This document shows positions 20,801 through 29,169 of a stretch of 64,000 bases of DNA, one piece after another. Under the pieces are notes generated by a model. That model made no database searches and had not been told where the DNA came from. It saw only the letters and a list, made by a program, of their open reading frames with translations. The position numbers and the translations under genes were made by a program. Origin of the DNA: Bdellovibrionales bacterium (GTDB taxonomy: Bacteria; Bdellovibrionota; Bdellovibrionia; Bdellovibrionales; UBA1609); contig OZ241877.1 in assembly GCA_965203095.1 (NCBI GenBank), positions 736,001-800,000 of the forward strand, read 5' to 3'. How positions within the stretch are numbered: the stretch's first letter is position 1; each line of letters opens with the position of its first letter.

Positions 20801-22079
20801 TCAATTATTCAATCAAGAAGTTCTTAAATTTTTAAAAAGCAATAAAAACATCAATATTATAGGGATAGACCGAGGGGAAAGGCATTTGGCTTATTGGACC
20901 TTACTCAATCAAAAAGGAGATATATTAAAACAAGGGAGTTTTAATCAAATCACCACGAGTTATAAAAACAAAAAGGGTCAGGAGGTTAAAGTCCAAACAC
21001 CATACCATAGCCTGCTGGAAAATCGAGAAAAAGAAAGAGATAAAGCTCGTAAAACATGGGGCAAAATTGAAAGCATTAAAGAGCTAAAGTCTGGACTTCT
21101 CTCTCATCTTGTCCATCAAATAGCTAAGCTTATGGTAGAGCATAATGCCATAGTGGTTTTTGAAGATCTAAACAGTGGCTTTAAAAGGGGCAGAATGAAG
21201 TTCGAAAAACAAATCTATCAAAAGTTAGAAAAAGCTCTTATAGATAAATTAAATTATTTGGTTTTTAAGGATAAAAAACAAGCTGGCAGTTTTTTAAATG
21301 CCTATCAACTCACAGCTCCTTTTGAGAGTTTTCAAAAATTAGGTAAACAAACCGGATTTATTTTTTATACTCCAGCTTATTATACCTCTAAAGTTTGCCC
21401 TCTCACTGGTTTTGTCAATTTAATTTATCCTCGATATGAAAATGTTAAAAAATCTCAAGATTTTTTTAAAAATTTTGAAAAAATATATTTTGATAGTAAA
21501 GCCAAATATTTTGTGTTTGAGTATTATGATGGGAAAGTCAACCCTCAGAAAAAATCAGAATCCAACTCTTTCTGGAAGGTCTGTTCCTATGGTGAAGAAA
21601 GATATAAATATGATCGCAAAAATAAAATCCATAAAAAAATAAATGTGACTCAAAAGCTAAAGAGTTTGTTTGAAAAATATAAAGTCCCTTATAAAGAAGG
21701 AAAAAACTTAATAGAGGATATATGCAAACAAGATAAAAAAGATTTCTGGCAAAAATTCATAGATCTCTTCAGGCTCATTATTCAGTTAAGGCAGATTAAT
21801 CCTAATGCTAAAAATGAAAACGAAAGAGATTATATCCTCTCCCCTGTGACGGATAAAAATGGCCGATTTTTTGATTCCCGAAAAGCTAAAAACTGTGAAC
21901 CAAAAAATGCAGACGCCAACGGTGCTTATCATATAGGCTTAAAAGGAAAAATGATATTAGATAAAATCAACCAATGGGATGAGACCACAAAAAAAGATCC
22001 CGATTTGATAATTAAAAATAAGGACTGGTTTGAATTTATCCGTAAAAAAACCCAAGCCAAACCTAAAAAATCTGCTTGA
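17871..22079 (+). CDS. cas12a: Type V-A effector Cas12a (Cpf1); true start may be slightly downstream
   Basis: YSLSKTLRFELKP, TTYLTGFHENRKNIY, KIKLNFENSQLADGWDVNKE, LYLFQIHSKDFS, KLNGQAEVFYRKAS; RuvC GIDRGERHL, FEDLN, PKNADANGAYHI all intact. Confidence 0.96.
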   Translation: MGITCQKQKKMRKDEILKSKNKTNIQPLRPDNLFSCWTKKYSLSKTLRFELKPVEQTKPFLQEFIKSDTKRDKDYKNLKKIIDEYHKAHIQEALSQKDILSVPDLENLSKHIKNSKTNKTSHSLRLSHSRESRNPPLKKKTKILLRDIQTKLRKRIKDHFTKAQAELRKQFEKTGKKSTKSSLFEKELLTEILPNWLNKISWEEAQHKEEFKNKEAFENWKKESLKIVKTFDKFTTYLTGFHENRKNIYSDKEQSTAISHRIIHENFPRFLSNRETYKKIKNKYSDLKTKLEPVKTDLKEEFSVLGVKNIEELFEIKLFNKLLSQKGIDSYNYIIGGKQKEGPSNKIQGINEKINLYRQQKNSASSNNQDIKTKLSNKNLPLMQVLHKQILSDKQSHSFYDREEFKNREEVLSALDEFWQSLSKTDKDAKATVLEKLKILFTKQLSNSLLDGIYFKNSALEKLSHKYFEDYRLINSSLNHYAENQYIRKEEDFKTKKEKEKWLKKDFFNFEEIHSALLSYSKENEDLSNNLKKNQNILLAYLYSQFNNKLYNKEKEDLLSHIKNLYQKVEKIPHSLPKPFNKDEIKTIHEFLHAFMGLFHLVKPVHLNREDLDKDTYFYNEFEVLYEKLLPINKIYDKIRNYITKNKKHLEKIKLNFENSQLADGWDVNKETDYLSIILRKKEKGQWIYYLGVMNQQNRKLFDYHLNFNDHKKEKIKIQKQALRSKLLAEGNETNYYEKMNYKQIAKASKDIHTLIRINGQVYRKTKHLDELKQQNFPPEIWKIKKNNSYKKGEKFSKKDLIHFINYYKDIAKNYWKSFNLSLNPAEKYESFEHFTDDIASQGYKLSFDKIKSNYIEEKVKQGELYLFQIHSKDFSPNSKGRPNLHTSYFKLLFEEENLKNTIFKLNGQAEVFYRKASKGKTVTHHKNQSIKNKNPLNSKKNSTFKYDLIKDKRFTADKFFFHTPITLNFKEKEKPSQLFNQEVLKFLKSNKNINIIGIDRGERHLAYWTLLNQKGDILKQGSFNQITTSYKNKKGQEVKVQTPYHSLLENREKERDKARKTWGKIESIKELKSGLLSHLVHQIAKLMVEHNAIVVFEDLNSGFKRGRMKFEKQIYQKLEKALIDKLNYLVFKDKKQAGSFLNAYQLTAPFESFQKLGKQTGFIFYTPAYYTSKVCPLTGFVNLIYPRYENVKKSQDFFKNFEKIYFDSKAKYFVFEYYDGKVNPQKKSESNSFWKVCSYGEERYKYDRKNKIHKKINVTQKLKSLFEKYKVPYKEGKNLIEDICKQDKKDFWQKFIDLFRLIIQLRQINPNAKNENERDYILSPVTDKNGRFFDSRKAKNCEPKNADANGAYHIGLKGKMILDKINQWDETTKKDPDLIIKNKDWFEFIRKKTQAKPKKSA
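18232..18274 (+). repeat. REP/RPE-like element inserted in frame in cas12a
   Basis: 18-bp half unit GTCATTCCCTCCGACTCA plus GTCATTCCCGCGAAAGCAGGAATCC; encodes SHSLRLSHSRESRNP. Confidence 0.85.
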
Positions 22080-22110
22080 CCAGAAAGAAAAATGAAGTAA
22101 AGCTTATAGA

Positions 22111-25100
22111 ATGAATCAAAATAACATCAAATTTAAAGACAATCCCTTTCAATACACAAGAGGGGTTTGTTTTCGGGCTGAACCTCAAAAGCAAAGCTAT
22201 CTATTTAAACAAAAAAGCAAGCTTAAAGATAGCAAAGTCAATTTGCTTGAATTATCAACAGAACTTTTAGATTTCTATAAAAAGCTGAAAAAGCTTTTAT
22301 TTTATCCTGAGCGGGAAGCAGGAGGTCGCTCCCTCTCTCTTTCTAAGAAATCCAATCAAGCTATTAAGCCTCAAACCTTTAGAGAAAAAGACTATGGAAA
22401 CTCAAATAAGCAAAGCCTGCCCTTTCAAAAAAGTCTTTCTATAAACAAATCATGGCTTAAAACTTGGCATAAAAATATTTTTCATCTCTGGATTAAAGAT
22501 TCAAATAATAAGCAAGGGAAATATGCTCTCAATTCAGAGATTTATGAAATATCATTCCATTTAAGAAAATGGCTGGAAAACTGGCAAGAAAAAAGTGTTG
22601 AGCTTAAAAGTTTTTTCGAGCGATCTCAAAATCAAAAAGTTCGGGATAGTGAGATAGCTGAAACTATTAGATTTTTTTTAAACAGGTCCCAATGGGATTA
22701 TATTTATCAGTTTTTAACAGAACTGAGCACGAAAGAGGTTTTTCAAGATGAACAAATCAAATTTTTAAATGATAATTTAAAAGCCCTTCGCGAAAATTTA
22801 AAAATTGCAGAGCAAACTTACTCTTCCTCTCAGTCTTCTGGTATTGAGATAACTAAAGCCAGTTTTAACTATTACACTCTTAACAAGAAACCAAAAGAGT
22901 ATTATGAAGATAAAATAAAAAAAGCTAAAAACCTTCTTTATGGCTTTGATTGTTCTTCCCGTGAAACAGGTCTTTCCCGCGAAACAAGTCCTTCCCGTGC
23001 AAACGGGAATCCAAAAAACTCAAGTAATGACAAGTATGTTATGAGGCAAAACCAAACTCAATCAGAAAAAAACGAGCCAGTTGTGGGAATCTCAGCTTTT
23101 TCCATAATCAAAAAATCTAAAAACAATATGTCTTATAAGTGGGAGCACAATCTAAGAACCAAACAAGAGATTTTTTGTTTTAAAAGTGAACAAGAAAAGC
23201 TATGGATTGAAAGAGTCTGTAAAATTTGTTTTAGAAACAGAGCGAATAGTGAAAAAGAATGGAACAAAAGATATTGCCCTCAATGTGAAAAAACTGAACC
23301 TAACAGAAAAGCTTTAGCTAAAGCAGAAAATAAAAATGAAGTTTATCTCTCTTTAGATCAAAGCTATACGGTCATGAAGGCTTTTAAGGCAGAGCAAAAA
23401 TCTCTTTTTTATGAAGTGATTGCACATATTGCAAGCAAAAAAAGCCAAAGCTATGAAGTTAAAAACAACAATCATATCCTAAAAGGCTGGGGTATGCCTT
23501 ATAGTCAAATGAATTTTAAAGGCATAAACAACACTTTTTCGCTGTTTCAATTTGAAGATAAAAAATTTAAGAAGAATAAAAAACCTCAATACACATTAGA
23601 TAAAATGCTTTCCCAGTATAAAGATAATCAAAATAAAACTACAGCTGAAAAATGTTATTCAGCTTTTATTGAACTTTCCAAACAAATTCAATATATGGCA
23701 AATAGAAAAAACCAAAAATTACAAATCCAGCACCCTAAACATAAATTTCTTTCCAGCAGAAATAAAAGCTTTAAAAGCCAACCCAGGTTCTATAATATGA
23801 AGTCTGGGCAAAATACCAAAAAAAGCAGAGGTGATTTTCTTTTTGGCAAACAAGCTTATTTTAAAGGTTATGGTCATTTTTGCGAAAAATATAAAAATAT
23901 AGCACAAAAGCGGGGCCAGTTTATTGCTCAAATTAAAGGGGTTGAGAGAGAAAAACAAGAATCCCAACAAACTGATTTTTGGAGTTTTATTTACTGTGAG
24001 AAAGACAAAAAACAGCTTTGGCTTGTTCCAAAAGAGCTTAGGCAAAAAGCGAGAGAATTTATTTATGATTCTCAAAAAGAAACTTCAAACAGCCAGCTTT
24101 ATCTTTGTTGTTTTGAATCCTTAAGCTTCCGTGCTTTACATAAGCTTTGTTTTGCGGAGCAAAGTTCTTTTGTTGAGGAAATGCCTGATGATTTAAAAAA
24201 TTTGCAAAAAGAAGTTAAAAAATTTCCAACAAAAGGTGACAAACTAAAATTAAAAGAAAAAAATTTAAAAACTCTTAAGTTTTTAAAAGAAGTTTTAAAT
24301 TCTGATTATACCAATGAAAAATTAAAATTAGATCAATCATTCCCACTTAGTTTTTCGGATTGCCCCCGGCAAGCCGAAATCCCGCGAAAGCGGGAATCCA
24401 AAAAAATAGATCAAAAAAACTCTAACTGGATTAAAAATAACCTCTATTGGATTGATGAGTCTGAAAGTTTAGAAGAGTTTGAAAAATCTTTGGAAGAGGC
24501 TTGTTATCATATAAAGACAATAACTTTTACAGAAGAGGAAAAACAGAGATTTCTTAAAAATTTTGATGTCACTGTATTAGATATTAGCTCTTACGATTTG
24601 AAGGGCCGGAACAAAAACACATACCAGAGTCCTGAAAGCCCGGACAGGCTACATACCTATTGGTGGAAGGCTTTTTGGAGTAAAAGTTTCCCCTCCAGTA
24701 AAAATCAAAATGATAGAGGGGGGAAAGCTAATAACTCTCTCTTTGAGAATATTCGCCTCAATCCAGAAGTAAAAATCCGATACAGGAAAGCAGATGAGCA
24801 TTTAAAGGAATATTTTACCAAAAAACAATTCCCCAATTCTTTTAAAAATCGCAGATTAAAAGAGCAATGGACAATTCACTTTACTTTAGCCCTTAATGCT
24901 GGCAAAAAATATGATGATCTGGCATTTTCTAAACCAGAAGAGATTTTAGAAAAAATCAAAAGTTTTAATAAAAAACTAAATGAAGAGATGGATTTTAAAA
25001 GCTCTTGGAAATACGGCATCGATCGCGGGCAAAAAGAGCTTGCAACTTTATGCCTTGCCCAATTTAATCCTGAAGACACTTATACAGTGGGAGAGAAAAC

Positions 25101-26421
25101 TATCCCTAAGCCTAAATTTCCCAATGCTGAAAAAGATATAAAATGTTGGACATTGCAAGATTATAGTTATTTAAAAGAATACAAAACAGTTAAAGGGGAA
25201 GAAAAAAAATGCTATGCAGTTAAAAATCCATCTTATTTTATGGAGGAAAAATATCTTAATGACAGAACTGTTTTTAAACAAGAGAGCATTTCTTGCTTGG
25301 ATCTCACTACAGCTAAAGTCATTAAAGGAAGAATTATTACCAATGGGGATGTGCTGACTTACCTTAAACTCAAAAAAATTGTGGCTAAGCGAGAGCTTTA
25401 TAAACTTTACTATGATGGAAAAATAAAACCTTCAATTAAATTAGAATGGAGCCAGTGGGAAAATGGCGATATAAATAACTCTGAAAGAAAAAGACCAGAG
25501 GGGGTTTTAAACATCAAAACCTCTGATGGTGAAAAAACAATTTACTGGTATCGTAAAGAATATGAGAATATTCCTCTCCAAATCGATGAACAAGGCAATA
25601 TACAAATTACCTACAATAAAAGCAGTATTCAAAACAGTTTAAATAACTATCTTCAACAACTAAAACAAGAAAACAATACTCACACCCCCACAATTTTAGA
25701 AGTCAATCACTTACGGGACGCCATCACTGCTAATATGGTAGGGGTGATTTGTCACTTACAGAAAAAATATCCAGGGTTTATTATTCTTGAGGATCTAAAA
25801 AAACATGACATTGATAAACATTTTTTCCAAAGCAATGAGAACATTGCCAGAAGACTGGAATATGCTCTTTACAACAAGTTTCAAACTTTGAGCTTAGTCC
25901 CTCCTCATGTAAAGGATATTATCCGTTTAAGAGAAGAAAATAAAAAATCCCAAGACAACAAAAATAAACAAAAAGATAAAAAATCAAAAGGGAAACATAA
26001 AAACTCAAATAACATTATGGCTGATCAATTAAAGTCTTTTGGATCAGTTCATCCTTCTAAACAGGATACAGGTAAATTCTCTTCAGAATTAAACCTCTCA
26101 CAGGTTGGAGCTATTGTTTTTGTTCCTGAAGAAGACACCAGCAAGACTTGTCCTTATTGTGAGAAAAAGAAAGAGGCAGAAAAGAAACAAATTAATGATG
26201 AAAAATATAGGCAACATCGTTTCCTTTGTGATAGAGATTCTTGTGGTTTTGATACCTATTTTTTTAAACTGGAGGAAGAAAGAGCAGAAGGCCACACACC
26301 TTTAGTAAATGAGAGCAAGAGAAAAAACGAGTTTGAGTTATTTAAAGACATCAAGGATAACGACAAAGTCGCAGGTTATAATATTGCTAAAAAAGATCTG
26401 GCAAATTCAAATAAGGTATAA
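22111..26421 (+). CDS. Second type V effector, Cas12a2/Cms1 clade (Cas12a2-, Cas12a3- or Cas12a4-like), 1436 aa
   Basis: RuvC GIDRGQKELATLC (D971), IILEDL (E1227), DNDKVAGYNIAK (D1418); zinc ribbon TSKTCPYC..C..C; motifs recalled from Cms1 proteins: SQSSGIEITKASFNYYTLNK, FESLSFRALHKLCF, RLNPE, DLTTAKVIKGRIITNGD. Confidence 0.88.
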   Translation: MNQNNIKFKDNPFQYTRGVCFRAEPQKQSYLFKQKSKLKDSKVNLLELSTELLDFYKKLKKLLFYPEREAGGRSLSLSKKSNQAIKPQTFREKDYGNSNKQSLPFQKSLSINKSWLKTWHKNIFHLWIKDSNNKQGKYALNSEIYEISFHLRKWLENWQEKSVELKSFFERSQNQKVRDSEIAETIRFFLNRSQWDYIYQFLTELSTKEVFQDEQIKFLNDNLKALRENLKIAEQTYSSSQSSGIEITKASFNYYTLNKKPKEYYEDKIKKAKNLLYGFDCSSRETGLSRETSPSRANGNPKNSSNDKYVMRQNQTQSEKNEPVVGISAFSIIKKSKNNMSYKWEHNLRTKQEIFCFKSEQEKLWIERVCKICFRNRANSEKEWNKRYCPQCEKTEPNRKALAKAENKNEVYLSLDQSYTVMKAFKAEQKSLFYEVIAHIASKKSQSYEVKNNNHILKGWGMPYSQMNFKGINNTFSLFQFEDKKFKKNKKPQYTLDKMLSQYKDNQNKTTAEKCYSAFIELSKQIQYMANRKNQKLQIQHPKHKFLSSRNKSFKSQPRFYNMKSGQNTKKSRGDFLFGKQAYFKGYGHFCEKYKNIAQKRGQFIAQIKGVEREKQESQQTDFWSFIYCEKDKKQLWLVPKELRQKAREFIYDSQKETSNSQLYLCCFESLSFRALHKLCFAEQSSFVEEMPDDLKNLQKEVKKFPTKGDKLKLKEKNLKTLKFLKEVLNSDYTNEKLKLDQSFPLSFSDCPRQAEIPRKRESKKIDQKNSNWIKNNLYWIDESESLEEFEKSLEEACYHIKTITFTEEEKQRFLKNFDVTVLDISSYDLKGRNKNTYQSPESPDRLHTYWWKAFWSKSFPSSKNQNDRGGKANNSLFENIRLNPEVKIRYRKADEHLKEYFTKKQFPNSFKNRRLKEQWTIHFTLALNAGKKYDDLAFSKPEEILEKIKSFNKKLNEEMDFKSSWKYGIDRGQKELATLCLAQFNPEDTYTVGEKTIPKPKFPNAEKDIKCWTLQDYSYLKEYKTVKGEEKKCYAVKNPSYFMEEKYLNDRTVFKQESISCLDLTTAKVIKGRIITNGDVLTYLKLKKIVAKRELYKLYYDGKIKPSIKLEWSQWENGDINNSERKRPEGVLNIKTSDGEKTIYWYRKEYENIPLQIDEQGNIQITYNKSSIQNSLNNYLQQLKQENNTHTPTILEVNHLRDAITANMVGVICHLQKKYPGFIILEDLKKHDIDKHFFQSNENIARRLEYALYNKFQTLSLVPPHVKDIIRLREENKKSQDNKNKQKDKKSKGKHKNSNNIMADQLKSFGSVHPSKQDTGKFSSELNLSQVGAIVFVPEEDTSKTCPYCEKKKEAEKKQINDEKYRQHRFLCDRDSCGFDTYFFKLEEERAEGHTPLVNESKRKNEFELFKDIKDNDKVAGYNIAKKDLANSNKV
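22952..23012 (+). repeat. REP/RPE-like element (two 18-bp half units plus a full unit) in frame in the second effector
   Basis: GTTCTTCCCGTGAAACAG-GTCTTTCCCGCGAAACAA-GTCCTTCCCGTGCAAACGGGAATCC; encodes SSRETGLSRETSPSRANGNP. Confidence 0.85.
24336..24399 (+). repeat. Degenerate REP/RPE-like element in frame in the second effector
   Basis: ATCATTCCC ... ATCCCGCGAAAGCGGGAATCC; encodes SFPLSFSDCPRQAEIPRKRES. Confidence 0.8.
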
Positions 26422-26427
26422 AAAGCT

Positions 26428-26637
26428 TTATATAAAATGTTTTAAACTTAATCCTGAATATCTGATAATAGCTCTTAATGTCCCTTTATCTAACTCTTTA
26501 TGATCTGGTATTGTAAGAATTTGATTTGTGGATGAATGTTTCAAAATAATATGACTTCCTTTTTGCCGGCAAAATTTAAACCCATGTTTTTTAAGTATTT
26601 TTATGCAGTCTGCACCGGAAATCCTTGGAAGTTTCAT
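26428..26637 (-). CDS. hicA: HicA family toxin (mRNA interferase)
   Basis: LKKHGF..RQKGSHIIL...TIPDHKELDKGTLRAII. Confidence 0.9.
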   Translation of the reverse strand: MKLPRISGADCIKILKKHGFKFCRQKGSHIILKHSSTNQILTIPDHKELDKGTLRAIIRYSGLSLKHFI

Positions 26638-26843
26638 ATTGCCACGATAATGGATTCCATAGTATCGGCAGGAATTGAGCGTCCCTCCTGCTTTAAAACA
26701 TCAAGATAACCTTGGATGGCCTCGCGAATATTTTGAATAGCCTCTTCTTTAGATTGGCCTTGGCTAATACAGCCGGGCAAACTGGGGCATTCGGCAAGCC
26801 AAAATCCATCTTCGCCGGGTTTTATAATTACCTGCCTCATCAT
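26634..26843 (-). CDS. hicB: HicB family antitoxin, short form without DNA-binding domain
   Basis: EDGFWLAECPSLPGCISQGQSKEEAIQNIREAI; 4-bp ATGA overlap with hicA. Confidence 0.9.
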   Translation of the reverse strand: MMRQVIIKPGEDGFWLAECPSLPGCISQGQSKEEAIQNIREAIQGYLDVLKQEGRSIPADTMESIIVAI

Positions 26844-27118
26844 ACTCTTTTTTATATATTTTTTTGGACCTAAGTCAAATAAAATAATGGTCGTTGTTTT
26901 TCTTACAAATGTTCACTGTTTCTTCACTGACAAAATTGGGTTTAGTTTTTTTATTCAAAACTGGACTAAAGTCCTGATTTTTATTTTTTAAATTCTTAAA
27001 TTATCTGTATTTTTTTGGTTCATTATGATACATTGATCTTACTCCTAAGATTTCATCTCCATTGATAATTTAAAAAAGGTTGATAAGGCTTGTTCTTATT
27101 AACCCTATAAGGTTGGTT

Positions 27119-27697
27119 ATGGAAAGCTATATCTCTATCTCTTTTTTGAATGATTTTATATTTTGCCCTCGGTCTATTTATTTTCACCAAATTTATAAAA
27201 CTTTTGATACTGCCTTTTACCATGAGGATATTCAAACTAAAGGACGGATAGCTCACTTAAATATCGATCAAAAAAAATATTCAACTAAAAAAAATATTTT
27301 GCAGGGTTTACCGGTGTTTTCCTCTAAATATTCTTTATGTGGGAAGATTGATCTTTTTGACACAAAACAAGGATTATTGACAGAGAGAAAAAAGAAAGTA
27401 GCCAAAATATATGATGGATTTATTTTTCAAATATATGCTCAACATTACTGTTTGACAGAAATGGGCTATAATGTCCGGGCACTTCGCATTCACAGTTTAG
27501 ATGATAACAAAAATTACCCCATCCCTTTGCCGGAAGAGAATGCCAAAATGAGTCAAAAGTTTAACTGGCTTTTAGAGCAAATCCACTCTTTTGATTTAGA
27601 AAAAGATTTTTATCCCAATATCAACAAATGTCGGAAATGCATTTATAAAAATTTATGTGATTATTGCCCATTAGAAGTGGTGGGAAAAGGTGATTAA
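27119..27697 (+). CDS. cas4: CRISPR-associated Cas4, type V
   Basis: ISFLNDFIFCPRSIYFH, GKIDLF, ERKKK, CRKCIYKNLC; ATG at 27119. Confidence 0.93.
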   Translation: MESYISISFLNDFIFCPRSIYFHQIYKTFDTAFYHEDIQTKGRIAHLNIDQKKYSTKKNILQGLPVFSSKYSLCGKIDLFDTKQGLLTERKKKVAKIYDGFIFQIYAQHYCLTEMGYNVRALRIHSLDDNKNYPIPLPEENAKMSQKFNWLLEQIHSFDLEKDFYPNINKCRKCIYKNLCDYCPLEVVGKGD

Positions 27698-27700
27698 AAA

Positions 27701-28666
27701 ATGCTCAGTTGGCCCGATTTTAAAGAAAAACAAATTGTATTAGCTCTACTGAGTCATGGAGATAAATTGAGTTTTAGAAACGACAATGTTATTATTACTG
27801 ATGAGAACAAAAAAATAAAACATCAATCCACTTGTTATCGCTTGTTTTCTTTATTTGTTATAGGTCACTCCAATATTACGACTGGCTTACTGGCAAGAGC
27901 TAAAAAATTTGGTTTTAGTATAGTTTTTATGAATCATAGTTTGAAACCTTATGCCTTTTGGGGAGTGCCGGCAGAGGGAAATACACTTTTAAGGAGAAGG
28001 CAATACAGTTATACTTCCTTAGATATAGCTGTTGGCTTGGTTAAAAACAAAATAGGCAATCAAAAAAGAGCTTTGCAAAAGACTCGCGATAAAGATAAGC
28101 AAATTCAGGAAACTATCCAGTCTTTATCTCAATATACTAAAAAACTGTCGACAAACAATTTATCACTCAAAGAGATTTTAGGGGTTGAGGGCATTGCTTC
28201 AAAAATTTATTTTCAGTCTTTGTTTAAAAATTTTAGATGGAGAGCCAGAAAGCCGCGGGCCAAAATAGATATAAGCAACTGCCTTTTGGATATAGGTTAT
28301 ACTTTATTGTTTAATTTTATGGAGGGCCTTTTAAGTTTGTATGGCTTTGATGTTTATAAAGGGGTTTATCATACAGAATTTTATCAGAGGAAATCTTTAG
28401 TTTGTGATTTGATAGAACCTTTTCGCCCGCTCATTGATTATAGACTGAGAAAGGCTTACAAATTAAATCAAATTAAGGAAAATGATTTTAATGTGTCCCA
28501 AGGCCAATATAGGATTTTTGGCAAAAAAAGTTTGCCTTATCTTGGTTTTTTTATTGAAGAGCTTATTTCAAACAAAGAAGAAGTTTTTAAATATGTTCAG
28601 TCTTATTATCGAAGTTTTATTAGAGACGCGACTATAAGCAAATACCCTTATTTTTATGCTATATAA
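27701..28666 (+). CDS. cas1: CRISPR-associated integrase Cas1, type V-A
   Basis: MLSWPDFKEKQI, EGNTLLRRRQY, LGVEG, LDIGYT, GVYH..FYQRKSLVCDLIEPFR. Confidence 0.96.
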   Translation: MLSWPDFKEKQIVLALLSHGDKLSFRNDNVIITDENKKIKHQSTCYRLFSLFVIGHSNITTGLLARAKKFGFSIVFMNHSLKPYAFWGVPAEGNTLLRRRQYSYTSLDIAVGLVKNKIGNQKRALQKTRDKDKQIQETIQSLSQYTKKLSTNNLSLKEILGVEGIASKIYFQSLFKNFRWRARKPRAKIDISNCLLDIGYTLLFNFMEGLLSLYGFDVYKGVYHTEFYQRKSLVCDLIEPFRPLIDYRLRKAYKLNQIKENDFNVSQGQYRIFGKKSLPYLGFFIEELISNKEEVFKYVQSYYRSFIRDATISKYPYFYAI

Positions 28667-28678
28667 TGGGGGAGGAGT

Positions 28679-28954
28679 ATGTTAATTGTCTCTTATGACA
28701 TTTCCGACAACAAAACCAGAACTTTGTTTTCAAAATTCTTAAATAAATTTGGATATAGATTGCAATACTCTGTTTTTAAGTTAAAAAACAGCCAAAGGAT
28801 TTTAAAAAACATTATAACAGAAATAAATGAGAAATTTGCTAAAAAATTTATAGAAACAGACAGTGTGATGATATTTTCTTTGAGTAGACAGTGTAAAGTT
28901 TTCTCTTATGGATATGCCAAAAACGAAGAAAAGGATTTTATACTTGTTTTATAA
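28679..28954 (+). CDS. cas2: CRISPR-associated Cas2
   Basis: MLIVSYDISDNK.R, GYRLQYSVF, DSVMIF. Confidence 0.96.
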   Translation: MLIVSYDISDNKTRTLFSKFLNKFGYRLQYSVFKLKNSQRILKNIITEINEKFAKKFIETDSVMIFSLSRQCKVFSYGYAKNEEKDFILVL

Positions 28955-29169
28955 AATAAAAAGACTTAAAATTATACAATATCTGCTATAAACAGGCTGA
29001 AAAAGCCTTTAAACCAGTGGAAAATAACGGAATAGTGCTTTTTTGAAAAATAATACTTGCAAAGCTCTGTCTTTATGTTAAAATTTAGAAAATGTTATTT
29101 GAAAACTGAAGAAAAAAGGCCTCTTTTTGGCCTAAAAAATCTGAATCTGCAAATAAATGCAGATTTAGG
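28955..29169 (+). promoter_or_regulatory. CRISPR leader
   Basis: AT-rich non-coding region between cas2 and repeat 1; TTGCAA-N17-TAAAAT promoter-like boxes near 29057-29085. Confidence 0.7.

Noticed and set aside
26844..27118. tracrRNA, scoutRNA or CreA-like mini-array between hicB and cas4
   Set aside because: I found no anti-repeat or AATTTCTAC-like handle by eye, and Cas12a/Cas12a2 do not need tracrRNA.
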